A stretch of DNA of 64,000 nt from Ramazzottius varieornatus (GCA_001949185.1 BDGG01000016.1:124001-188000), one strand, 5' to 3'. Shown: positions 50,262 to 64,000, counted from the stretch's first letter. Translations and numbers: made by a program. Notes: generated by a model not told the origin, from the letters alone.

Positions 50262-52211
50262 CTTCCCTTCTAACTGCGTTGTTTTCTTAACAACCCATCA
50301 TTCCTCAACCTGTCCCCACCGACTCCACGGTCGCTTGACAATTCACCCAGCGAAAGATCCCGAAGAAATCTCTACAAACCAAACGCACAAAATGTCTTTC
50401 CATCAAGAACAATCATTCCAACGTAAAAATATCCACACAGTAAAATCAGACAAAATTAGTTACAGTTATACGGTATTTCTCCCAATTTTCCGGTGGTAAT
50501 GCACAGATTGACTGCAGAGAGTAAAGTTAAATTCCACGGATAAATAAGTGTGGTGGAATAACTGGCGCAAAATCGATGGATGAGTATTCCGAACCGATAT
50601 TGCAATATTTACAAGATATCGCCGTGCCAAAACGTTTTCTCTTGATAGAAAATTTGTCGGAGGTTTACTGTACAAAATAACGAGCTGCAGGAGGGCCTAA
50701 AAGGCCAGCAAATTATCGAAAATTGAGTGAGCAACTGACTGGCTATGATCGAGGCGACCCTTCCGTCCTTCCGTTCGCCTTTGATCGACTCTTCACTACA
50801 GCACTATTCCAAAAACGAGAAAGAAGACAAGCTGAGCGTAGAACAAGCTTCAAAGGCCGACGGGCAGCTCTGTCAGACGAAGATAAAAGGGTTGCTTGTA
50901 CAATCGACAGAAAGGAAGTGAAGGCAACGAGGAGTGAATACAAAGCTCACCATCGAATCGTCGACGCGATGACCACTGACCATAACCGTCTTCTTCTTCG
51001 CTGCCTCTGCTTCTTCTTCCAAGCAGCCTGAGACGCCTTTCCCTCAACAGGTGCCTTCAGCTTTCCCTTCCATCCAGTTCAGATTCTTCATTCTTCTTTC
51101 CGCTTGACTTGATACCTTTTCGTCGTTTCGTCCATAGACTCAGTGTGCGCATCTGCCTGCAGTCTCGACTGGTTTGGACAATGGTCATCTTCTTCTTTTG
51201 CCATCCGCTGGAACGAATTAATGAGCACCCTGGAACAGAAAGGAAAGTGTCTTGTAAATTTCACAGTGAGAGATTAAGTTTCGTGAACCATAAAATCAAA
51301 ACTAAGGCTAACGCTGCAAACATGCTGACTGGCCATGGCAGCGATCGCGGATCACCCAGAGCCTGGTTTCGTTTTCCCGGAGCATGTTAAGGACTAAGGA
51401 AGCATTACCGGAAGTCGACGTCAAGATTCAGGAACCCAGGGAGTCAGGGACACTCAACGCACTCGAGTCCTCGTCCAAGGGCCGGACTCTAGACCTTACT
51501 GTATGACGGGTTGACCAGTCAAACCGTGATCGGATCGGCTCTCGGTCCGGTTGTTATCCGTACAAGCGTGGGCAGTGGGGTCGTGGTTCGTCGGTTCCGC
51601 TCTGTGCAGTATGCTTTGATTGATTTCATGATAAAATTGATCAACTTTTCCTTCTGAAGTCTTCTGATTATTTTCGATTTTTGCAGAATCGATTCAATGA
51701 TTCCTTCAATTGAAATTCGAACTCTTCCTCCTTTTTGAGTGTTCGCACTTTCGGAATCTGGATTCCAGATTCTGTAGTCTTGTTGGGAGCACAGCTCTAT
51801 GATCCTCTTCATCCACACTACAGCGCTGATAATCATACTGTTTCTCCATCTCTGAATGTCTAATCGTTGGGCTTTGTTTTTGAACCAGCCGATGGTGTTC
51901 CTCTTGATGTCGATCTGTAAGTTGGGTGGTCGAGCTTTCTAGGTGCAATGCAGCAGCAGCAGAAATCTTTTGGCGTAAAAGATCCCAAATTATCTTTGAA
52001 TGCCACATTGGAACGGTATGAGAGGCTAGGTGTTCCAGCCACCAGCGCCACCAACGGATTTCCTGTGCGCCCGCAGTCTGCCCAAGGAAACAACTCAACT
52101 TCTCCTCTTGAGCAGCCAGAAGTTCCGTCTTCCGTGATCGCTCCTCCAGAAGAACACAGCCTTCCCGTTCGCCCTTAGAGTACCGTACCTTTATCTGCTG
52201 ACGTACGACAG

Positions 52212-54423
52212 ATGCTGAGCTTTGCTTGCCCTTCTGTTCCGTACACGCCGCGGCCGGTGTCGTCCGCCGGCATGGCTCCCTTCAAGTTTCCAAATTACGT
52301 TAACCACCATCGTCCGAACGAGCTTTCTGCCGCTGTGAAACGCTTCAGCGCTCTGCGATCGCCTAGCCATTCCTCATCCTCTAACCACAGCATCCACCAG
52401 AATGGCTTCAACCACAAGAACGATGCTCACGATGATCGGCTGAACAGCAACTACGAGAAGATGGACATTAGAGGTGGGATTCGATGTTGTGACTTTCTGC
52501 ACTTTGAACACATGGAGGCAGTGCGCTAGGTTATACCAAATGCACGCGGTGCAACTGCAGGCTAATGGGAGAGTTTCGAGCATTGCCACCTTGCCACGCC
52601 TAAACCGGCACTTGTTTTTATTAGATTGGCTTGTGTTTCTGCTTTCTGCTTCCTCACTTTTCTCTCCTAAAACTGATCGTGCTGCGTCTGGTTTCGTTGC
52701 AGTCATGTCAAGTTCATCTGGAAGTGGAGGTTCGAGCAAAGGACTTCAGCAGAACAAAGTGCCGAATGGCGTTCAAGATCTCCATTCAGGAACGGAAGGC
52801 AAAACTTCGAGCTCCGGGTACGAGACTTGTTCTTCGTCCAGCTTTTTCCGCCGTTTCGTCCAGACACAGCAGGCAGTCACTCATACTCCTCCAGAAATTA
52901 GAGCACAAACAGAAGCTCAAGCAGTAACCCTAGTTCAGGCAGAAAGTGAGCCCGAACCAGACACTCAGAATACAGTGACAGAAAACATGGATCCTCGCAG
53001 TTACTTCAGTCGTAGTTCTGCCAGCTCTCGCGCATCTGATCATTCGAGCAACTCTTGCTCATCCACACAAGTGAACCACGTAGAGTCCGGCATGAAGGCC
53101 TTCGCTATCACTCCCGGTTTGAACGGTCTTTCGAAACCCATTCCGAAAAGCTTCGAGAGTAACGAAGGAATACACAATGGCTACGCCACGTTTGCTCCCG
53201 ATGGCTCGGCGGTGTATGTTTCGGGACCTGCTTCTTCCAGTCAAGCGCCGGAAGTTCACCTTGAAGGCAAGTCTTCGGGAAAGCGTTCGCTGATCCTGGA
53301 GCGCGAGATGAAGGAGGTTGGAGTGGGGTCAGAGCCGCACGTTGAGCAGAATTGCTACTGGTTCGGCAAGGCTCACCCGAAGTTAATCCAGAGCTACAAG
53401 AAAGGCGACATCTTGCGGGTCCACGTCGCTAATACGATCCTCGATCCGAAGCACCTGTTTCTTGTCCACGACGAAGATCTTACATTCGGTGAGTAAACAG
53501 TGGCTTGAATTTTAGAAGGACCTTATCACACTAGCAACATTATACTTATCTAACGTGTCTTTTCCGTTCCAGATGCCAAGATCAAGGAGATGTCTGAGCA
53601 GATGAAGGCTCGGGAAGAATGGCAGATTCGCTTTCGGGAACCTCCTGCTTTAGATAGTGTCGTTTGTGCTCGTTGTCCCTCTCGCAGTAAGCTGGTTTTG
53701 TAAAGACACTTTGATACTTGTAGAACCTAGTATAATTCTTGGTGACTGGAGTTTGTAAAACTTTGAATATTGTATTCTGTAGCCGTCTCTTGACAGATTA
53801 CGAGTGGTACCGAGGTATCGTCTTCGCGCAACAAGCAGCTAGCGTCTCCGTCTTCTTCGTGGACATTGGTGAGACTGCCAAAGTATGGCTGGACGACTTG
53901 CGAGCTATATTTAAGTCCGTGATCGACGTTCCACGGCAGACCGTCTTTGTGGAACTCGAAGGTGCGTTGAGCTTCGAAAGTCCTATGGTTATTTGGGAGC
54001 TCGGCAAAGAAATTCATCTAGATTGTCTTTCGAAGTGACGCATGTATGCAGTTTTATCGGATGGTACCATGCGCCACTTGAACAACGAACTTGTGTTTGT
54101 TCGCCAAGATGCCATCTGTTAATTTTTCTCTCGGCTTGCTTTTCAGAAATTGGTGCATGTTTCTGTTCCATTCATCTATGTACTGGATCTTGATAGGTAT
54201 CGACGCTGTCAATACGGGATACTACTCAGACGAGACGATCGCCGTAACAAGGAACCAAGCCTTGCAAGGTAAAAACTTCAGGCTGATTGTGACTGATGTC
54301 CGTGGTCACGACATTTGGGGTAAACTTTACTTGGAGACCACGAACGGCGGCGTCGGGCTTCCGATTTCTGAGCTGTATAAGCAATTCGGTATCACCGATA
54401 TGAAGAAAGAGGATCTAAACTAA
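52212..54423 (+). CDS. Protein with long Ser-rich disordered N-terminus and a single C-terminal extended Tudor domain
   Basis: Spliced C-terminus reads LRVHVANTILDPKHLFL...PPALDSVVCARCPSR|NYEWYRGIVFAQQAASVSVFFVDIGETAKVWLDDLRAI...VPRQTVFVELEG|ID...LPISELYKQFG (eTudor pattern). The start is uncertain (51948, 52212 or 52705). Confidence 0.8.
53995..54108. repeat. Family A palindromic element (Tudor gene intron)
   Basis: gggagctcggcaaa...gaagtgacgcat-N25-atgcgccacttg. Confidence 0.8.
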
Positions 54424-56435
54424 GCTGAGAACTGAAGTTTCAGCTTAATCTTGAACAGACGTTAGTGTCGTTTTTGTTTGATGTTTTCTACAAACTTCTT
54501 TCCTGTATTGTTGTTGTTCTTTTCCTCCTCGTCAATATGGGAAGGACCCACGGGCTTTCTTTTCGCACAATGATGGTCGAAGAACCGACAATCCGTTTAC
54601 TTCTATCCATTCTCACAGAGTCACAACCATCGCGTGCCTTTTTCTTTGCTCACCAGCGACAAATCTTTCTGAAAACATGTTGATACGTCTACCTTCATCT
54701 CAAACGTGAACGTTGCCATAAAAACTAGCTTTCATCTTTCGCCTTCATGAATAAATCTGCTCTAACGGCAAATGTTTTGTGTAATAGTACAAACGAGCAG
54801 CGGAACCACTCGGTGAACTGCTCAGTCCGCAAGTTTCTGTGAAGCGTGTCGTTACAGTCGCCGTTAAAGTCCAAGGCAAACGGATCGCTCGGTTTATTTA
54901 CATCTCTTTACACGGATACAGCCGCGAAAATCACGAGGATATACTTTTCCCATGACGGACCTTTCTAGTACTTTACGTGTGAAAGCTCTCTATCTTACAT
55001 TGCACTAAATACATTACAACCTCAATTTTAATTTCCTCCAATATTTTCCAGGATTCCCATTCTGCCATCATGGAAGTGGAACGGGCTCAATCGCCACACC
55101 GGAAGTTTAGCCCAGTCTCCTTCCTAGCATCAGTCGGTAAGAGTCCTGGCTCCTCATGGAATTTAGTTGGAGTAACGACTCGGGTTATCAGCCGAAAGTG
55201 TTTGCCTCTGGCGTGCAGTCACTGTCTGTTATGGGTTAGCGTCACCCCATGGTCTTCCTTCACTTGCTTGTATCTCCTGGTACCGTCGTCCGATTCGAAG
55301 ATTCTTACCATTTAGAGCACACTGTACACTTTCTGGTCACGTGATCATCGTCTCGCGACTTCAGTCAATCAAGCGGTAAGTATGAGTGGTTTCGACAAGG
55401 AAATAAGGGACATTTTTGGGTCCTGCTCCGCGTCACGTGACTGGTTTAGTGATAAGTCTGAACGGGCAGAATGTAGCGAAAACATCGTTCTGCTGATCGC
55501 ACCATAAGAGATTTCCAGCAAAAACGAAAGTTGTTCGAAGCGAAGCTGTTTCGCACATGAAGTACGTTGCAAAGTAGGCTGTAGAGCCCATACGGATAAC
55601 GGAAAAGTTTCGTGCGAACTTTTATGTGACGCTGACCCATGACGATGGCTGTATTATTGGCTACTGGATCCGCGCCGGAAGCTAGGTGTAAGAATGGAAA
55701 ACTTCCCTTTCGGTAATGTCATAAATGTTCGAAAAACGCAAACAGTGCACAAGTTCAGCATCGGACAATCGTTTCCCGGTTTAGATTTGCGAACTCACGT
55801 TCCCGCGATGACGATGCGGCGCGAGACTAGCGACCCGGAAACGGAAAAACCACTGCGTTGAACGATGCAGATGAAATAAATCAAACAAGTTAGCTTTATG
55901 GGATCTCGAAATAGGAATTGAGGCTGTGCACTTATTTGCCATCGCGACCAGAACACCCATTTCTACTGAAAGACTTTTAGTCACCCAAAAATAGATTGAT
56001 TTTCTCTTCTTGTTCTTCCGCTCAGTTGCTCTTTTCCTTCTCCTCGACTGCGGCTCAAGTTCTTTCCTTCCGTCTTCCTATCCAGGTTGAAGACGAGCTG
56101 TGTTCATCGAAGTCTGGTCATGTCTAGTTGACTTGTATGATCGACGACTACCAAAACACGATCGCGTTGAAGGACTGGGAGGAAAGCAAACTTGATTCAT
56201 ACTACCCTTAAACGTGATTTAATCATTATGTGATTTTTCTGTCGCGCACGAGAATGTGGCTCGAACGCAGGGGTGACTGTGGGAGGATTTGGGTTCGGGA
56301 AATCGTTTCGTGATATTTATTTACGATTGATTTGGGCAATCAGTCGAGGCTGACACAATCGTGTCGTATCTAGTTTATTAATTCGTTATCCTTGTTTGTC
56401 CATATCCTTCCTGAAAGGAAAGGCCGTGAGGAGCA

Positions 56436-57617
56436 ATGGCTGACTATGGGTGGTCATTCAGTCTCGAAGAAACTACCTCTATAGGTAACATCGCGCGACG
56501 GCAAGGCAAAAGTTACGGCACAACCACTCGGAACTTCGACGGAAACGAAATGTACATTACACACACCATTTGCTCAAGTGATACTCTCCAAGGAATCGCC
56601 CTCAAGCATGGAGTCAGCGTAAGTATACCTTCTTCTAATCTCAACACGTACTCCTGAGAAGGACGCCCCGAAAAACGTAAAGCGAAATTTTTATGGTTTG
56701 ATGTTTACCCTGCGTCCGTTGTTTGATTGTTGATTGATAAAACCGAGACAAGTCACTTTGACATAATGACGTGACAGAAACAAGGCCGTGCCTAATGTTG
56801 AATTCCAGACGTCATGTGCGAGTTATGTTGGGTGTTTGGAATGTGGGCCTTCCGGCTGGAAATACTTCGCTGAGTGGAGTTCTCTCGACCTTGTTTAATC
56901 TCCACTTCAACATACGCTGACCTCCTGACGAAGCATGTTCTCAACCTATATTTCATTCCAGATGGAGCATTTACGGAGGGTGAACAAACTGTGGGCTTCG
57001 GACTCTATCCACCTTCGGAAGCTCTTGCTCATCCCCATCGCCGTCCCCCTGGATAGCTCCACCTCGCGCAGTAGCAGTCGCTCGGACAACGGCTCGCCAG
57101 CTACTGGCAGTCCCGAACCTGTCTTCCGCGACTCCAACTTCCCGGCTGGCTCGCGGGAGAATCCGCTGAACAAGGTGGAAGCCATGCAGCTGTTAAAGAG
57201 CTACGATAACACGGACCGTCCGGGAACGCCTGACAGCACGTCCACTTCCAGCAGCGATGCTACCCTGCCTTCCGAACCTGTCCTCCAAACTCCCATGGAC
57301 TTTTTCGCCCGCATGGACCAGTCCATTGCTTCGTGCAGGAAAAACACCGAAGAAACAGCGTCAAACTGGAGGTTGGTCTCAGTTTCCTGATACAATTTTG
57401 CAGCCGGTAGTTGAAGTGTTTTCGTTCGTTTTGCAGTTCGAGGTCCTATTCACAGGATCAGGCGGACTCCTCCAGCCTTTCAAACAGCAGAAAGGGCTCA
57501 CTGAACTCCAATGGAGGTGGTAGGTCGCCTTCATGGGGACGGGTGGTGAAAGTGCGGAAGACTGCGGGTGGCGAGCTGCAGCTGGAAGGCGTGGATAATA
57601 TGGTTTTTGAGCTGTAA
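56436..57617 (+). CDS. LysM-domain protein (LYSMD1/2-like), 3 exons
   Basis: KSYGTT...HTICSSDTLQGIALKHGVS|MEHLRRVNKLWASDSIHLRKLLLIP, a DFFARMDQSI motif and a C-terminal VFEL. Exons 56436-56618, 56962-57370 and ~57437-57617. Confidence 0.9.
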
Positions 57618-58281
57618 GTCTGTGACTGTGAATTTAACTGTGATGTTAATCTTAGTTTTCAGGGTGAAAAGACCCTCTCCCGGTGCCACAAGCGATATGT
57701 ACAATTGTTTTACTTTTAGAAGCTTTGTGCTTGGTTGTGTTATGATTAATACAGTCGATCTGATCTCCCCTTCAGTGGCCGTGGGTTAGATTTTGGGGCG
57801 GCAATTCTTTGCGAATGTATACATATGACACTTCGCTCCAGTGAAATGCTATGCGTACTCGCTTTCTGTGCGGTTGTTAACCGAGCAAAATTATAAAGCA
57901 CACTGTTTGGAACGGGTACGTACTGCGAAGGGTGTTTCATGTCAGATCGAAGTATAGTGATTGTCGTTTCGATGATTGACTATGAAACTCTACAGTTGAA
58001 CTGGGTCTTTCTGTCACTCATCATTCATCACGATCCGATCGCGACTACGGTCTACTCGATCAACGACGCTACACTTCCTTATGAAGTTAGGCCTGAGCAG
58101 GCATGGGAAGATCGCCTCGCACGAGCTTCCTTATTATCGATCGAGTAGAATGTTTAGAGAGGTTGCTGCAAGTCGCGCGCTGCGGGTTAGCCGTTCACAC
58201 ACGACTTCGAAGTCAACCAGGCGAACATATTTACAGCATGCTGGAAGCTAGTTTTTCGGATGCGTGGGTTTTGTTGGAAGA

Positions 58282-59958
58282 ATGGGGAATATGATGGGCT
58301 TTAGCGACCCTATCACACGAACACATATCTCGAAGGACGAATCAAGCCGAATCAAGTTCGGATGTGCTTCCGTGCAAGGATGGCGAATAGGTGAACCCCC
58401 GAACTACAGAAAACGTACGAGCAATACCATTTTGTACGAAGAATCCTTGCACTTCCAGATATGGAGGACGCTCACGTCAACATTCTTTCCGTTAACGGCA
58501 ATGAAGAGGTCAGCTTCTTCGCCGTCTACGACGGCCATGGAGGTACGCGAGAAGCATTTTAGCTGCCTTCTTCTTTTGTTTGCGGTATCCTTCGTTTCCG
58601 TTCAGGTTCCGAAGTTGCAAACTACGCCATGGAGCACGCACACAAGCGAATTTTTCATCATCCCAAATACAGTACGTAGCCGGATGTCAAAGTTTATCTC
58701 GTCCGGTGTCCCCGGAGTTCTTACCTCGATATCGATGGTTCAATATAGGTTTTGAAATTGTAGTGGAAGGACGGTTCGCCGATGCAATTCAGGAAGTAAG
58801 ACACATCGCCGGTTGAAATGTATCGAGCCAGGGGATCTCACCTCGTTGTAATTGCAGGGTATGCTGGAGCTCGACCGGGAGATGTTCCAGCAGGAAAACG
58901 GTATGGGTCAGCTCGAATTTCGTTCGGCGGCATGATTTCCGTTAGGAAGAAGATGTCATTACCTTCCGGTCACCAGGTGAAACCGCCGGTCGGAATGATC
59001 TTTCCGGCTCCACGGCTGTCCTCCTTCTCATCCACCGAAACAGAATATTCTGTGTAAGCGCGTTGACTAGCATAACCACCTTTCGTCCCTGCTTCGGTAA
59101 ACCCCAGTAGCTCCATACAGGGAAATATTGGGGATTCACGTGCCGTGGCCTGCGTGGGCGGACGTTCTCTGGACTTGTCGAAGGATCACAAGCCCAGTGA
59201 CAGCGACGAAGTCATGCGGATCACCAGTGCCGGTGGATTCATCGAAGGCAACCGAGTCAATGGTAACCTGGCTCTGTCCCGAGCCCTGGGTGACTTCTTC
59301 TTCAAACGTAACGAGCACAAGAGCTTGGAAGAGCAGGTCATTTCGCCGTTCGCCGACGTCATCGCGCAGGAAATAACCGACGCCTGGGAGTTCGTTGTGA
59401 TGGCCTGTGATGGAATATGGGTAACCTAAACTCATCAGTGTACTATTCAAACTATTACCGGAGTGGCTTTCTATTGCAGGATGTCATGACCAGTCGCGAT
59501 GTGGTGGAGTTTGTGCGAGAAAGAATAGCTTTGGGAATGGAACCTGAAGAAGTAAGCTTCTTATTTCCGGTCTAGAGTTCGACATCGAAGGCAACGGAAC
59601 GAAATCTATCCTATTCCCTACCTAGATTTGCGAAGACCTGGTTCTTCACTGTCTGGCTCCGGACTGTACAATGGGCGGGTTGGGCTGCGATAACATGACC
59701 GCGCAGCTCATCTGTCTCAAGAAGAGTGGTAACTATTCCGCCTTGGTGGAAGCGTGCTCGCAGCCACCGACGACCGAAGATCCTGTTCCCAAGAGGTTTG
59801 TGCACTTTGAGCAAGCATCTAGTGTAACTCTTAGCGCGTACGACAAGACGAGGTATCGAAAGAAGCTAAGGCTGCGACTGGTTGACAGTGTGGAGTATCA
59901 TTATTTGAAACACCTCCGAAACCGACGTTCGTCCCGCTTGCAAATACCGACCACTTAG
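58282..59958 (+). CDS. Protein phosphatase 2C (PPM family), ~9 exons
   Basis: VQGWRI|DMEDAH, FFAVYDGHG|G, SGSTAV, GNIGDSRA, LSKDHKP, RVNGNLALSRALGDF, MACDGIW|DV and GLGCDNMT motifs. MG N-terminus. Confidence 0.93.
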
Positions 59959-60321
59959 TCTGACAGAATCAAAAGGAACGGCCGCCAGCATTCAGATTCG
60001 TTACTGGTATATCCGGTGATGTTATTTATTTCGCTTTTTTCCACATAGACAAGGTTCGTAAAAGATCGATCAGACATGAGGATATAACTCAAAATATGAC
60101 AAGAACACTTTACTAAAAGATTATGTCGAACTGTGATTTTACAAACATTCTTCCCTCACTTTACACACAGACCGGCAACTTATCAAAAGCTGTCATCATA
60201 TGTCATGCGACGAAGGAATGCTCGTCGTTCAGAAATGAGATTATGATTTTACAGGAATTATAAAGCAAAACTAAGATACAGTACGAGGAAGGCGCAGCGT
60301 GTCCGGACCTGCTCCACTGTT

Positions 60322-61566
60322 CTACCACAACGGTCCTGAAAAGAACAAATAAAATTCAAACGAGGAGAGTCAAGCGATAAATGGGTCTCTGGTAGCCCGA
60401 AAGCAAAAGCGGAATTTACCTGAGGACTTTCCGCCCGGAGGATGGTGCATCTTGACCGAAGTATGGCCACCAGCATTCGTACCAGCTTCGTTCTTACCGT
60501 CGCCACTGTTAGACTCTATATTCGGGTCCTGCTTCTTGTTGTTCTTGCTGGAAGCGTTCGATTCTTCTTGTGTCTCTCCCGTAATCAAGTTGTAGTCTAT
60601 AGAGAGTAGAACAGTCCATCAACCCCTGTCTAGGTACGTAGTTCAGGGACAAACAAGACTTACTGCGATGGGTCTGTCCGTATTTGTTGTGAGCAGCCGA
60701 GTCGCTGGCCGAACCATCGTTACCGAAGGTCAATGAGGATCCTTGACGTGCTTTGTTGCGTGCAGCCTCTGACATGTGCTGATTTCCTCCTTGCTGTTGT
60801 TGGTTTCCACCTTGCTGCTGGTTTGCGCCTTGGTAATGGCTTGACTGACCGGGCTTGTGCATAGTGTTGTCCGAAGATTCTTCCATCTGACTCTGCAGAT
60901 CAAAACACTCATTACCGCAATCGAAATCCTCAATCAATTCATTCGGAACAAATATTGCGATTGGACATGGATGCACCGCCAGACAACTACGCGCCATGAC
61001 GCAAACCGTGCTTTGTAACCATCTGCGACACGAAGAACGATACTGTCCATTGATGCAGCAGGTTAACCGCGCCTCTTTTAAGGCAACGCGCACAAATCAA
61101 AAACAAAGCCAGTGTGAATTAATTTTTTTTGAAGGACGACGGTGATGACTGATTTGACAAGTTCATTAGTTCAAGGCTCCCTTTTTCTGAGTAAGCACAA
61201 ACCGAACTAAAGTTACCTTTTTGTTCTTCGAAGCCTCATCGTTGGGGTTGGACGTCTGGTTTCCGTTAGACTGGTTTCTGTCGCCTCCACCATTGGAGTG
61301 AGACTGAGCGTCCTGTTTCTGCTGCTGCAAGTCCGCGGCATCGTCCAGCTTCTTCTTGTCAGCAGTCGCACGCTCCTTTTCAGTGTGCCCATCTCCGAAA
61401 ACGATGCTGCTTGATCCTCCAGGTGCTTGGAATGCTCTAAATAAGAGTCAGTGACTGTAAACGAATCAACAGCGTTTAGGAAGAGATAATAATGCTGAAT
61501 AACCACAGAGGAAATCGAAAAAAATTCCTGGCTTCCCTCAAACCATGCTCACCTGCGTCCAGTCAT
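60322..61566 (-). CDS. Jupiter/HN1-like (PGG-motif) microtubule-associated disordered protein, ~5 exons
   Basis: N-terminus MTGR|RAFQAPGGSSSIVFG and C-terminus GHTSVKMHHPPGGKSS|GPLW*, with a Q/N/G/S-rich hydrophilic linker. Confidence 0.75.
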
Positions 61567-62931
61567 TTTTAGGCAGTGTGATACGTCTTCTTGCTACCCT
61601 TTAACCAGAAGCGAGTAACCAGTGAAAACTTACAAACGCACAATCCCTGTGAGCGAAGACGCCAAGAGAACCGCTGTTACATGACTTACCTCGGCTTCTT
61701 CGAACAGGAACACTTTCTGCACACGTACCTAATATTCTCAGACACAATCCTGTTCGGATGTTCTGCTACTGTTCTAGGACTACAAGTATCACAAGGAATG
61801 ACCACCGAGAAAGAAATCGTTTGCGACCGCTGAAGATTTAAGAGGTAAAATTTCTGTAGCAGTTGGAAATGCCAAATGCGTGTGACTCAAACGGATCAAA
61901 ATGAGTCAAGTGGCTTTATTATCGAAAATCAATAATCAACGCTTCACTTCTCGGCACAAAGCCACGTTTCAGAATGGACCAAGAGGCGGCGCCATACGCA
62001 CTCAGTAAAGTCACATGGTCCTCCCTGCCTAATTTGTTTGTTGTGGGCCACGTGAGAATGCCGCAAACTGTGTGAATGGAAAAACCGGGTAGCCAGCCCA
62101 TCCGACTATCCGACGCAGCCGGAAGTGGTCTTTCAGACAAATTGCACATGTATTTGATACATCTGTCCCATTTTGCCTCACAATGTTTCCGACTTGGCTT
62201 CGAAGATGGCTCCATGAGTACGAGATCCTGCTTGTAAGCCCAACTGATACTTACTGGAACGCTGAACTACAGTAACTGGGACCGCAAAGCGAGGACCAAG
62301 ATATCCGAAACGCAATGTACGCCATTTTTAGGCAACAGACAGTTTACAGGGCGAAGAGATCTATTACGATCGATAATAGTCCATGTCGGCAATCGATTCG
62401 ACACTGTCAACAATACAGAGGAAAAAAATCGAAGTAGGATTTAGCAACCGTAGTACAAAAAATACAATACAAAGCAAACCGAAACCGAAACCAGTGGGTG
62501 ATGTTGTGCACAGTGCCTCGTGCATCTGTGACCAGCACTAACATTCAGAACCTTAAAAATACAAAATACTACGACTCGACAGACAAGCGCAAAGTATAAT
62601 GGATAAAAACGACGCGCTAGAAAGGTTGCAGCGCAACAGAAAAGAACCACCAAAGCGGATGATAAAAATACAAATAGGATGATCTGCTGAAAGCGATGAG
62701 ATTTCGAAGCAACAAGCGTATAGCGTGGATGTCTTCTCAGGGAGTAATACATAGTACTACAGTAGCTTATGTAAAGAAGATCGGTGTACAAAATATCTTT
62801 CTGCAACGGGGTGCGCGCATCAGTGTAATGTGACCATAGTCCGGCTCCTGGCGGAATGTGCAGGACGTTGCTTGGGCGGATCTATCAGCAAACTTCCTCT
62901 GCCTTCCATCTGACGACTTCATGAACTCGGC

Positions 62932-64000
<1,069 letters not shown>

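Noticed and set aside
4199-54108. Family A repeat with variable spacers as a CRISPR-like array
   Set aside because: Copies are dispersed rather than arrayed, spacers derive from one consensus, there are no cas genes, and the context is eukaryotic.
8601-54423. WG scaffold and Tudor gene as a functional small-RNA gene cluster
   Set aside because: They lie ~32 kb apart with unrelated genes between; proximity in an animal genome is weak evidence.
55052-55315. Small spliced + strand ORF or ncRNA between the Tudor and LysM genes
   Set aside because: Splice-like sites are present, but there are no recognisable protein or RNA-family motifs.
56436-57617. LysM gene as a bacterial horizontal transfer
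   Set aside because: It matches the ordinary animal LYSMD pattern and has introns.

Overview
This is a gene-dense animal (invertebrate) genomic window with mostly short GT-AG introns (about 60-90 nt) and one 50-N gap. The compact structure resembles small ecdysozoan genomes such as tardigrades, but the taxon is only inferred. Hand-spliced genes, in order: NR1-like nuclear receptor (+), troponin I (+), secreted transcobalamin-C/DUF4430-like protein (-), a ~2,100-aa protein of 8 tandem RRM/(CCHC knuckle)/WG-repeat modules (-), TMEM26 (-), Dachsous protocadherin (-), extended-Tudor protein (+), LysM protein (+), PP2C (+), Jupiter/HN1-like protein (-) and a partial KLF5-like gene (-). Two features stand out. 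(1) The multivalent RRM-knuckle-WG protein has about 34 WG motifs (a candidate Argonaute-hook scaffold) and a C-terminal KKRVSF PP1-docking motif. (2) A dispersed palindromic element occurs at 15 loci, mostly intronic; its inverted CAAGTGGCGCAC half-sites are separated by a 25-nt spacer whose length is fixed while its sequence diverges. Also present are a piggyBac relic, a foldback element across the gap, two micro-exons and tail-to-tail overlapping genes. All gene models and counts were made by eye; no database searches were run.
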